A DNA stretch of 64,000 nt from Bacteroidota bacterium (GTDB taxonomy: Bacteria > Bacteroidota > Ignavibacteria > UBA10030): NCBI GenBank assembly GCA_035291905.1, contig DATDRF010000103.1:2805-66804 (forward strand). Direction: 5' to 3'. The translations under genes and the position numbers were made by a program. Position 1 is the stretch's first letter. Every line of letters begins with the position of its first letter. This document shows, piece by piece, positions 38,724 through 47,779 of the stretch. The notes beneath the pieces are model-generated. The model saw only the letters and a list, made by a program, of their open reading frames with translations. It searched no databases and had not been told where the DNA came from.

Positions 38724-40364
38724 GTGGATTCATCCCAAGCACTGAATGCCCTTCACTTCGGAAGAGTAGACGCAGAAACCGATTACCGGCTCAGCCAATG
38801 CTTCGTTGGGACAGAGATGCTTCGTCAGGCCCTGCTTCCCCAACATTCGCTCTTCATCGGCCCCAAGGGATCAGGGAAGAGCGCCCTCTTCAGACTTCTC
38901 TGCGATGACCTCGGTCCATGGAAATCGCTCCTGCCCAAGGGATATGAGATCATCTACAGAATCCCGGCCACCGGACTCCAGAGTGAGAAATACCTCTCGG
39001 GAGTCGACCTTGACGAGTTGAGCCCCCAGACGGCAAACGATTTTCGGTCTTTCTGGCTCCTGTATATCGGCCTCAAGACTGCGACGACCCTGGTGGAAGA
39101 CCAGCGGATGCAGCATCTTGCGTCACATGCAGAGAATAGTCGGATCAGGGAACAATACGCATCGTTGTCGCGTATTGTGAGAACGCTCGGTCTCGTCGAA
39201 GCGGCAAATTCCGTGGAAAAGATCAAACAGAAGATCGACAGTCTGATCGAATCCCCCGAGAATTCTCTGCCAATTTCGGGAGAAGTGGGGAAACGGCTGT
39301 CGGTGAGTTTCCGCAACCGCACCGGGATCGCCATTATCACGCTGCTCGATATCATCGACGGCCTCCTGCAGGAAACAAAATGCCTTTCCTGGATCCTTCT
39401 CGACAAGCTGGATCTCCTCTTCTTTGATGACATCACCAAACTGCGGACATCGATAGCCGGTTTGGTGCAGCTTCTTGTGGAATACAGCGACCGGTTCAAG
39501 AACATCCATTTCAAAGTCTTTCTCCGAAGGGATATTTATAAGCAGCTGCGGATTGTCAACAAATCTCATCTTGTCAGTTACACCCATGACATGAGATGGC
39601 GAGGGCCGTGGCTGATCAAGCTGTTGGTCGCGCGTGCGGTTTCCGACGAGCGTGTGCAAAAACACTGCGAGTCAATTGTGGGTGAACAAGTCGATGTCGG
39701 AAAGGTCATCAACGGCACCGACGAACTTGTCTTGAAGGTGTTTTATTCGATTTTCGAGGAGCGAATGGGGATCATCAAGCGGGAAGGATTCGGCCCGCAC
39801 ACGCACGAGTGGATTCTGAAGAGGCTGGTCGACGGACTTGGAATGAGCTTCCCGAGAGAGATTATCCATCTTGGGAACGTCGCTGTTCAGAGACAACGTG
39901 AGATTATCCGGAGAGAGGGCCTCTCGGAGCGGAGCAAGCTGGTTGGGGGGAGAGCTCTGCGCAAGGCATTCGATGCGGTGTCTGCGTACCGTTGTGACAC
40001 CTACCTCAACTCGGAGTTTCCTCACCTCGCCGGGCACATCGATGCCTTCCGCGGAAAAGAGGTATCGACGTTCGAGCGCGACGAATTGTATCGCGCCTTT
40101 GAAGAGTTACAGCCCAGCGGCGACGACGCAATCAGAGCTGTTCACGACGTAGGGCTCATTACTCCGATAGGAAAGAACGTCGATTCAGCGCTCAAGTTTG
40201 AGGTCCCTCTGCTGTACCGAAGTGGGCTCGGTATTGTTGAACGCAAGCTGAAGAAACGAAATCGGAAAGTTCGTTCGATGGAAGAGAAGAAGCCGCAGCA
40301 ATCGGAATACTCCAAGCCTGAGAAGAACGAACAGGAAGAAATGAACATCCCGCTTTCTCTCTGA
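38724..40364 (+). CDS. Orphan P-loop NTPase of unrecognised family (546 aa) with lysine/glutamate-rich C-terminal tail
   Basis: Walker A FIGPKGSGKSALFRLL (SMC/RecF/ABC-like GxxGSGKS), candidate Walker B WILLDKLDLLFFDD; GTG start with GGAG upstream; tail KKRNRKVRSMEEKKPQQSEYSKPEKNEQEE; no TM segments. Confidence 0.55.
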   Translation: MDSSQALNALHFGRVDAETDYRLSQCFVGTEMLRQALLPQHSLFIGPKGSGKSALFRLLCDDLGPWKSLLPKGYEIIYRIPATGLQSEKYLSGVDLDELSPQTANDFRSFWLLYIGLKTATTLVEDQRMQHLASHAENSRIREQYASLSRIVRTLGLVEAANSVEKIKQKIDSLIESPENSLPISGEVGKRLSVSFRNRTGIAIITLLDIIDGLLQETKCLSWILLDKLDLLFFDDITKLRTSIAGLVQLLVEYSDRFKNIHFKVFLRRDIYKQLRIVNKSHLVSYTHDMRWRGPWLIKLLVARAVSDERVQKHCESIVGEQVDVGKVINGTDELVLKVFYSIFEERMGIIKREGFGPHTHEWILKRLVDGLGMSFPREIIHLGNVAVQRQREIIRREGLSERSKLVGGRALRKAFDAVSAYRCDTYLNSEFPHLAGHIDAFRGKEVSTFERDELYRAFEELQPSGDDAIRAVHDVGLITPIGKNVDSALKFEVPLLYRSGLGIVERKLKKRNRKVRSMEEKKPQQSEYSKPEKNEQEEMNIPLSL

Positions 40365-40383
40365 CCCCCCCCCCTAAAAAATA

Positions 40384-40413
40384 AACCGACTGATTTTGTC
40401 AGTCGGTTTTTTT
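40384..40413 (+). terminator. Rho-independent terminator, first of two consecutive hairpins
   Basis: AACCGACTGA (40384-40393), loop ttttg, TCAGTCGGTT (40399-40408), then a T-run. A second hairpin ACTGGTT-gggagg-AACCAG plus T5 follows at 40414-40437. A C10 homopolymer precedes at 40365-40374. Confidence 0.65.
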
Positions 40414-40655
40414 ACTGGTTGGGAGGAACCAGTTTTTGAACCCGCCGAAGCGAGCTCAAACTCACTACCCAAGATAGAAGATTGCCTCGATCAAGCTGTG
40501 ACAAAAGTCACCAGAGACGGGTTGCCGGAAAAATCCTTTCGCTCACGTGTCCGCAGTAGATAGTCCTAGGGAGGAAACGGTTTCCTTGATTTCGAAGAGA
40601 AGTTTGGTACATTGGACTGCTGCCAAGAGAATTCCACATCAACGCTTTAGGGCCC

Positions 40656-42353
40656 ATGCGTCTATCAAAGAGCTTCGTTCCCACCCAAAAAGAGATACCT
40701 GCCGATGCCAGCATAGCCAGCCATCAACTGATGCTCAGGGCAGGGCTTATGCGTCAACTGACCGCCGGGGTCTACGCCTATCTTCCCCTTGGCTATCGTG
40801 CCATGATGAAGGCCATGAACATCCTGCGGGAGGAAATGAACCGGATAGGGGGGCAGGAATTCCATTTCCCGGCTCTCAATCCCGAAAGCCTCTGGATCCA
40901 AACAAAGCGAAGAAACATCCCCAATCTCATCCTGAGCATCAAAGAGAGAGACCTTGTGTTGGCCCCCACCCACGAGGAGGTGGTAGGCTGGCTCGCGGCA
41001 ATGCATATCCAGTCTTACAAGGATCTCCCTCAGATCTGGTACCAGATCCAAACCAAGTTTCGTAATGAGCCCAGACCGCGCTCCGGAGTCCTTCGCGGAA
41101 GGCAGTTCATCATGAAGGATTCCTACAGCCTCGATTCGTCTCCGGAGGGATTGGACCTTAGCTATGAAGCGCATGCAGAAGCATACAAGAAAACCTTCAC
41201 GCGCTGTGGCCTCAAATTTTTTGTCGTAGGCGCCTCGAGCGGTGCAATGGGAGGAACCGGCTCACAGGAATTCATGATCGAGTCTGAAGACGGAGAGGAC
41301 ACGGTGGTCCTCTGCGGCAGATGCGAATATGCGGCAAACCTCGAAGTCGCGCGATCGAATATCAAAGAAGTAGGTCGATCTTCAGGCTCCGAAGCCATCA
41401 AAGAAATACATACGCCCAATGTTCGCACGATCGATGACCTCGCATCGTTTCTCCACATGGATCATGAGCACCTTGCCAAATCGGTCGTCGTGAGGCACAA
41501 CGATACCCCCGTTCTTGCGCTCATGGCCGGAAATGATCAGCTGAATGAATCGAAGCTCCTGGCTGCCCTTGGGGGAGGCGAAGTGAAAGCGATTCAACCT
41601 GATGAACTGAAGGCCCTGACGGGTGCGGACGGCGGCTCCATTGGGCCAATTGGGCTGAAGGGATTCAGAATCATTGCTGACAAAAGACTGGAAGGAGCAA
41701 ACGGCCTTGTAAGCGGGGCCAATAGGAACGACTACCATCTGGCCAACATCGATTTTCAGCGCGATGCGAGGCCGGACGGGTATTTCGATCTGAGGACGGT
41801 CGAATCAGGAGAGCCGTGCCCGCAATGCGGTTCTGTGCTGAAGGTGACGCACGCGATTGAGATCGGACATATCTTCAAGCTGGGGACGAAGTACTCGGAA
41901 GCTCTGGGAGCGACATTCCTCAATGAAAACGGCGCTTCAAAACCGATAGTGATGGGAAGCTACGGGATCGGGGTCGAACGGATCATCGCCACGCACATTG
42001 AACAGAGCCACGACAAAGACGGAATTATTTGGAACAAGGCCCTCACGCCCTTCGATGTTCATATCATTGCAGCGAGCATGAACAACAAGGACGCCGTCCT
42101 CATTTCCAACAAACTCTACAAGTCTCTGACGGAGGAGGGGATCGAAGCGATCTTTGACGAGCGTCCCAATGTCACGGCGGGATTCAAATTCAAAGATGCG
42201 GATCTGTTGGGGATTCCCCTTCAACTCATCGTCGGAGAAAAAGGGCTGCGCAACAATAAGGTCGAAATAAAGAAACGACGTTCGGGAGAACGAATTCTCG
42301 TCGCGATCGATGAGGCGGCTGAAATCGTGAAGAAGCTTCTTGAATCGGAATGA
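40656..42353 (+). CDS. proS: Prolyl-tRNA synthetase
   Basis: Class II aaRS motifs, HQLMLRAGLMRQLTAGVYAYLPLG N-terminus, bacterial-type editing insertion; 565 aa. Confidence 0.9.
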   Translation: MRLSKSFVPTQKEIPADASIASHQLMLRAGLMRQLTAGVYAYLPLGYRAMMKAMNILREEMNRIGGQEFHFPALNPESLWIQTKRRNIPNLILSIKERDLVLAPTHEEVVGWLAAMHIQSYKDLPQIWYQIQTKFRNEPRPRSGVLRGRQFIMKDSYSLDSSPEGLDLSYEAHAEAYKKTFTRCGLKFFVVGASSGAMGGTGSQEFMIESEDGEDTVVLCGRCEYAANLEVARSNIKEVGRSSGSEAIKEIHTPNVRTIDDLASFLHMDHEHLAKSVVVRHNDTPVLALMAGNDQLNESKLLAALGGGEVKAIQPDELKALTGADGGSIGPIGLKGFRIIADKRLEGANGLVSGANRNDYHLANIDFQRDARPDGYFDLRTVESGEPCPQCGSVLKVTHAIEIGHIFKLGTKYSEALGATFLNENGASKPIVMGSYGIGVERIIATHIEQSHDKDGIIWNKALTPFDVHIIAASMNNKDAVLISNKLYKSLTEEGIEAIFDERPNVTAGFKFKDADLLGIPLQLIVGEKGLRNNKVEIKKRRSGERILVAIDEAAEIVKKLLESE

Positions 42354-42356
42354 ACC

Positions 42357-43802
42357 ATGTCTCAAACAGGAACCTTGGTAAACGAAGCTCACCCTTTATT
42401 CATCGGCGGTGAATGGAGGATCACGGGCATTCAATCTGCTGAGGCCCAGATGAAAGTCGGCGACAGGGGAACAACGTATTCTCTCGCCGGCCCCAAAGAG
42501 GCGGACGAAGCTGTCAGAAGGGCACTCGAAGGATGGGCCGATGTGCGGGAGCTTTCAAGTTTTGACAAGTCGGAGATTCTCTTGCGGATCTCCGAAGGGA
42601 TTCAGGCAAAAAGAGAGAGCCTGGCCGGGCTCGTCACGGAAGAGGTCGGGAAATCGATCCAGTTTTCCAGAGTTGAGGTCGACCGTGCCGTTACCACGTT
42701 CCGGCTTGCCTCCGAAGAGGCGAAGCGGATCGGTGGAGAGGTCCTTCCGCTTGACCTTCTCCCTGCTTCATCGGGACGGTTCGGCTTTGTGAGGAGGTTC
42801 CCCGTCGGCCTTGTTCTCGCAATCTGTCCTTTCAATTACCCCATCAATCTGGCGGCACACAAGATCGGTCCTGCAATTGCTGCAGGGAATGCCGTTCTGT
42901 TCAAGCCCGCCCCGCAGGCGCCTGGCAGCGCGATGGAACTCACGAAGATCATCGAAGCGTCGGGTTTCCCGATGAAGGCGTTCAGCACGTTGCCATGCTC
43001 AAACGAGGTTGCGGAGAAACTTGTCACCGATGACCGTATAGCTATGGTTTCCTTTACCGGCAGTGCTGCGGTGGGATGGAGAATCAAAGGCCTGGCCGGA
43101 AAGAAAAAAGTGCTCCTGGAACTGGGTGGGAATGCGGGCGCAATCATCGACGAATCGGCGGATCTTGAGGATGCGGTCCGAAAGAACGTCATGGGTGCAT
43201 TCATCTATGCAGGCCAGGTGTGCATCAAGGTCCAGCGGATATTCATCCACGAGAAGATCTTTGACTCGTATGCAGAGAAATTTGTTGAAGCGGCGAAAGG
43301 GATCAAGTGCGGAGACCCTAAGAGCGGTGAGACCGTCGTAGGCCCGTTGATCGATGATGCTGCGGCTGATCGTGTTGAGCGCTGGATTGCAGACGCCGTA
43401 AAAGGTGGCGCAAAGATTTTGACGGGCGGTTCAAGGAAGGGCAGGTTGATCGAGCCCACGGTACTTGTTCACACTGCCCGTACCTCTGACGTCTATTGGC
43501 ATGAAGTCTTTGGCCCTGTTGTGACCCTCCAGCCTTTCAAGAGTTTTGACGAAGCAATCGATCTGGTGAACGACTCGCGCTATGGATTGCAGGCGGGAGT
43601 GTTCTCAAACAATCATCAAAACATACTCCGGGCTTATCACCGCATCCAGACGGGGGCGGTTATTGTGAATGACAATCCCACGTATCGAATCGATCATATG
43701 CCTTATGGCGGAACCAAGGATTCCGGGTTCGGGAGAGAAGGGGTAAAATACGCCATCGAAGCGATGACGGAGCCCAAATTGCTGGTCCTTCGGACCTCGT
43801 AG
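42357..43802 (+). CDS. NAD(P)-dependent aldehyde dehydrogenase family protein
   Basis: ELGGNAGAII (catalytic Glu region) and FIYAGQVCIKVQRIF (catalytic Cys), FTGSAAVG. Confidence 0.8.
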   Translation: MSQTGTLVNEAHPLFIGGEWRITGIQSAEAQMKVGDRGTTYSLAGPKEADEAVRRALEGWADVRELSSFDKSEILLRISEGIQAKRESLAGLVTEEVGKSIQFSRVEVDRAVTTFRLASEEAKRIGGEVLPLDLLPASSGRFGFVRRFPVGLVLAICPFNYPINLAAHKIGPAIAAGNAVLFKPAPQAPGSAMELTKIIEASGFPMKAFSTLPCSNEVAEKLVTDDRIAMVSFTGSAAVGWRIKGLAGKKKVLLELGGNAGAIIDESADLEDAVRKNVMGAFIYAGQVCIKVQRIFIHEKIFDSYAEKFVEAAKGIKCGDPKSGETVVGPLIDDAAADRVERWIADAVKGGAKILTGGSRKGRLIEPTVLVHTARTSDVYWHEVFGPVVTLQPFKSFDEAIDLVNDSRYGLQAGVFSNNHQNILRAYHRIQTGAVIVNDNPTYRIDHMPYGGTKDSGFGREGVKYAIEAMTEPKLLVLRTS

Positions 43803-43819
43803 TCACATCCGGTTTTTTC

Positions 43820-46800
43820 ATGTCAGAATTCATCCACCTTCATAATCACTCTCATTACAGTCTGCTCGATGGGGCGTCCACGATCGAAGGGATCGTGCAT
43901 GCCGCAGTCGAACAGAACATGCCCTCCGTCGCGCTCACCGATCACGGTGTGATGTTTGGCGCGATCGAGTTCTACAAGAAGGCAAAGAAGGCCCATATCA
44001 AGCCGATCCTTGGCTGCGAGGCGTACATCGTCACAAAGGGAAGCCGGAAGGAGAGAACAGCGACCCCGGCGGGTGCGGGACAGGGAAAGGGAAGAGGGGC
44101 CTATCATCATATCCTTCTTCTCGCCAAGAATGAGGTGGGGTATCGCAACCTGATAAAACTCTGCACCCTGGGTCACACCGAGGGATTCTACTACAAGCCG
44201 CGGATCGACGCTGAATTACTTTCCCAGTACAAGGAAGGAATAGTGGCAACGTCAGCGTGTCCCGGAGGAGTCGTCAACGGGCAACTTGTCAACAATGACT
44301 ATGACGAGGCGCGCTCGTATGCCTCACTCTATAAGGACATCCTTGGAGAAGATTTCTATCTCGAGATTCAGAATCATGGAATGGATGTTGAGCGCCCGAT
44401 TCTGGCGAATGCCCCGCGCCTTGCCCGGGAGCTGGGGATCAAGCTGGTAGGAACGAACGACTGCCATTATATCAAACGGTCGCATGCGCTGCCGCACAAC
44501 ATCATGCTCTACATTCCCGAGGCGAGCAGCACCAACGTTCCCGACTACACAACGCTGAGATATGGTACGGATCAGCTCTATTTCAAATCGGCGCGTGAAA
44601 TGGTCGATGTCTTTAAAGACTTCCCGGAAGCCGTGTCATCGACACTGGAAATCGCGGAGAAGTGCAACCTCGAGCTCGATCTGAAGAAGAGCCACATGCC
44701 GATGTTCCCCATCCCGGCCGATGCCGGAGCCGACACGTTGGAGGGGTATCTCGACAAGCTTGCCACCAAAGGGCTCAAGAAGAAGTATTCCTACATTCCC
44801 CCCGAAACGGAGCAGCGGCTTCACCACGAGCTCGCCGTGATCAAGAAAATGGGGTATGCCGGATATTTTCTGATCGTCCAGGACTTCATCAACGAAGCGC
44901 GTCGCATGGGCGTGCGTGTCGGTCCCGGCCGCGGGAGCGCCGCAGGAAGTCTCGTCTCCTATGTCCTTGGCATCACGGATGTAGATCCGCTGCAGTATGG
45001 CCTCCTGTTCGAGCGATTCCTGAATCCCGATCGGGTCAGCATGCCGGATATTGACATCGATTTTTCCGACGACAAGCGCGACAAGGTGATCGAATACGTC
45101 CGGACGAAGTACGGAGGGGACTCAGTCTCCCAGATTATCACGTTCGGCACCCTCTCGACGAGGGCGGTCATCAAGGATGTCGGCCGTGTCCTGGGGATCC
45201 CTTTGAGCACGATCGATTCCATTACAAAACAGATTCCCGTTTTTCAGGGAAAAGTGACCCCCGTTGCGGAGGCGCTGGAGACGATTCCTGAATTGAAATG
45301 GATGAAGGAAAGCCCGGACGAAAAGATCAAGATGTTGATCGATACCGCGCTTGTGCTTGAAGGAATGAACAGGAATGTCTCAACGCACGCCGCCGGCGTC
45401 GTTATTGCCCCGGGAGACATCAGCGATTACGTTCCTATGTACAAAACCCCGCAGACCGATCTCATGACGCAGTACAACATGAAGGATCTCGAAGATGCGG
45501 GATTGTTGAAGATGGACTTCCTGGGTCTCAGGACGCTGACGGTCATCGACAATGCCCTTCGGCTTATCAAAGAGAATCACGGAACGGATCTTGACCTTGA
45601 TGCCCTTCCCGGAGACGACCCCAAGACCCTCGAGCTCTTCTCCAAGGGGCAGACCGTCGCCGTGTTTCAGTTTGAGAGTACGGGCATGCAGGATTATCTC
45701 CGAAAGCTGAAACCGTCCTCCGTGCATGATCTGGTGGCGATGAACGCTCTGTATCGTCCCGGGCCGATGGAGAACATTCCCGACTTCATTGACCGCAAAC
45801 ATGGAAAGAAGACGATAGAATATCTCCATCCGAAGATGGAGGAGACCCTGAAGGAGACGTATGGGATCATCGTCTACCAGGAACAGGTGATCAAGATCGC
45901 AAGCGACGTGGCGGGTTTCAGCCTCGCCAAGGCCGATCTTATGAGAAGGGCGATGGGGAAGAAAGACAAGTCCCTGATGGCCGAACAGAAGAAGGAATTC
46001 GTTGTCGGGGCTCTTTCAAACGGGATCGACAAGAAGACCGCTTCAGAAATCTTTGACCTCATCGAGAAGTTTGCCTCGTACGGTTTCAACAAATCGCACA
46101 GCGTTGCCTATTCCGTGCTGGCCTACCAGACGGCCTATCTGAAGGCACATTACCCTGCCGAATACATGGCTGCGACGTTGACGAGCGAGATCGGGGATAC
46201 CGACAAGATTGTTCTCTTTATCGACGATTGCCGCAAGATGGGCATCGACGTTCTTCCGCCTGATGTGAACGAAAGCAGGGTCGATTTTGTCGTCACGCCG
46301 AAGGGAATTCGTTTTGGATTGAGCGCGATCAAGAATGTCGGTGTGGGCGCCGTCGAACAGATCGTACTTGTGAGGGGAGAGGGGACAAGATTCAACGACC
46401 TGTTTGACTTCTGTGCGAGAGTGGACCTGCGGGCCGTGAATAAGAAAACCCTGGAAAGTCTCGTGCTGGCAGGTGCATTCGACTCTCTCCATGAAAACCG
46501 TGCCCAGCTGTTTGAGTCAATAGAACGAGCTTCCGCGTACGGGCAGAAGGTCCAGGAGGCCAGAGAGCGGGGCCAGTCGAGCCTTTTCGAGACCGGCGCA
46601 GCGAAAGTGCAAATGAGGCCCTCCCTGCCGTCCGTCGAGCCCTGGTCCGAGGCGGAGAAACTGTCAAAGGAGAAGTCTGTACTGGGATTTTACGTTTCAG
46701 GCCATCCGCTCAGGAAATATGAGGAAGAGATCATCGCATTCTCGAACGTGCGGCTGGGTGAGCCGGGCAGTGTGAATCCTCAGGCGTCGGCACGTGTCTG

Positions 46801-47284
46801 TGGCATCGTTTCGGCGGTAAAAAAGAAGATCGACAAGCGCGGAAATCTGATGGCATTCGTCTCTTTGGAAGACTTCACGGGAAAAGGGGAATGCATTGTT
46901 TTCTCGGACGCATTTCAGAAATACTCGTCTGTTCTCACTCCCGACGCCATGGTGATGGTGATCGGGAAAGGAGAGGTCAGCGGCGACACGGTGAAGATCC
47001 TCGTCAACGAAGTGATTCCCATGGAACAGGTGAGGGAAAAGTTTACGAGGAGCGTCAACCTTCTCGTCGATCTGGACAAGGTGAGCGAGAACACCGTCAT
47101 CGAGCTGAGGAAGGTTCTCGAGGAACACAGGGGCAAGTGTCTTTGTTATCTCACCGTGACAGGTGGCGGATTACAGAGGAATTCACTATATTTAACACGG
47201 AGACATGTCGTGAACCCGGACGGAGCCTTCCTGGCAGCTATCAGGCAACTTCTGGGCCCTACAGCAGTCAGACTACAAGGCTAA
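43820..47284 (+). CDS. dnaE: DNA polymerase III alpha subunit
   Basis: N-terminal PHP domain FIHLHNHSHYSLLDG, polymerase core, OB fold; 1154 aa. Confidence 0.9.
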   Translation: MSEFIHLHNHSHYSLLDGASTIEGIVHAAVEQNMPSVALTDHGVMFGAIEFYKKAKKAHIKPILGCEAYIVTKGSRKERTATPAGAGQGKGRGAYHHILLLAKNEVGYRNLIKLCTLGHTEGFYYKPRIDAELLSQYKEGIVATSACPGGVVNGQLVNNDYDEARSYASLYKDILGEDFYLEIQNHGMDVERPILANAPRLARELGIKLVGTNDCHYIKRSHALPHNIMLYIPEASSTNVPDYTTLRYGTDQLYFKSAREMVDVFKDFPEAVSSTLEIAEKCNLELDLKKSHMPMFPIPADAGADTLEGYLDKLATKGLKKKYSYIPPETEQRLHHELAVIKKMGYAGYFLIVQDFINEARRMGVRVGPGRGSAAGSLVSYVLGITDVDPLQYGLLFERFLNPDRVSMPDIDIDFSDDKRDKVIEYVRTKYGGDSVSQIITFGTLSTRAVIKDVGRVLGIPLSTIDSITKQIPVFQGKVTPVAEALETIPELKWMKESPDEKIKMLIDTALVLEGMNRNVSTHAAGVVIAPGDISDYVPMYKTPQTDLMTQYNMKDLEDAGLLKMDFLGLRTLTVIDNALRLIKENHGTDLDLDALPGDDPKTLELFSKGQTVAVFQFESTGMQDYLRKLKPSSVHDLVAMNALYRPGPMENIPDFIDRKHGKKTIEYLHPKMEETLKETYGIIVYQEQVIKIASDVAGFSLAKADLMRRAMGKKDKSLMAEQKKEFVVGALSNGIDKKTASEIFDLIEKFASYGFNKSHSVAYSVLAYQTAYLKAHYPAEYMAATLTSEIGDTDKIVLFIDDCRKMGIDVLPPDVNESRVDFVVTPKGIRFGLSAIKNVGVGAVEQIVLVRGEGTRFNDLFDFCARVDLRAVNKKTLESLVLAGAFDSLHENRAQLFESIERASAYGQKVQEARERGQSSLFETGAAKVQMRPSLPSVEPWSEAEKLSKEKSVLGFYVSGHPLRKYEEEIIAFSNVRLGEPGSVNPQASARVCGIVSAVKKKIDKRGNLMAFVSLEDFTGKGECIVFSDAFQKYSSVLTPDAMVMVIGKGEVSGDTVKILVNEVIPMEQVREKFTRSVNLLVDLDKVSENTVIELRKVLEEHRGKCLCYLTVTGGGLQRNSLYLTRRHVVNPDGAFLAAIRQLLGPTAVRLQG

Positions 47285-47296
47285 CAAGGAGAAGGA

Positions 47297-47620
47297 ATGA
47301 AACCAGTAACATTGACGGATGAAAATTTTCAAACGGAAGTATTGGGTTCCGACAAGCCGGTTCTCGTGGATTTTTGGGCTGAATGGTGCGGGCCATGTAA
47401 GATGATCGCCCCTGTGGTGGAAGAGCTGGCGAAGGAATATGACGGTACCCTCAAGGTCGGCAAAGTCGATGTGGACGCGAACCAAAAAGTCTCGATGCAA
47501 TTCGGCATTCGCAGCATTCCCACACTGCTTATCTTCAAAGGCGGCAGAGTGGTGGATCAGGTGATCGGCGCAGTTCCCAAGCGAGCACTTGCGGACAAGA
47601 TCTCAAGACATATCAACTGA
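47297..47620 (+). CDS. trxA: Thioredoxin
   Basis: [10 protein letters not shown] active site; 107 aa. Confidence 0.9.
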   Translation: MKPVTLTDENFQTEVLGSDKPVLVDFWAEWCGPCKMIAPVVEELAKEYDGTLKVGKVDVDANQKVSMQFGIRSIPTLLIFKGGRVVDQVIGAVPKRALADKISRHIN

Positions 47621-47634
47621 ATACGGAATACTCA

Positions 47635-47681
47635 AATGCGAGAGGGCCCGGCGGTCGTACGGCTTCTCGCATTTCTATTTT
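47635..47681 (+). terminator. Terminator-like hairpin downstream of trxA
   Basis: AATGCGAGA (47635-47643) pairs TCTCGCATT (47665-47673) with a GC-rich 21-nt loop, followed by T-rich tctatttta. Confidence 0.4.
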
Positions 47682-47779
47682 ATCGGGAACTCGCAGGAGG
47701 AAGCGTTCGGACTGGAAAGTGGAAATTGCATTCCTCCTTCCGCATTCCGCAATCCGAATTCACACTTTGAAAGTACCCC

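Noticed and set aside
38724-40364. Assigning the orphan NTPase to the ABC-transporter ATPase or SMC/RecN family.
   Set aside because: The Walker A resembles those families, but no ABC signature (LSGGQ), Q-loop/H-loop arrangement or long coiled-coil arms are evident. The family is left unassigned rather than guessed.
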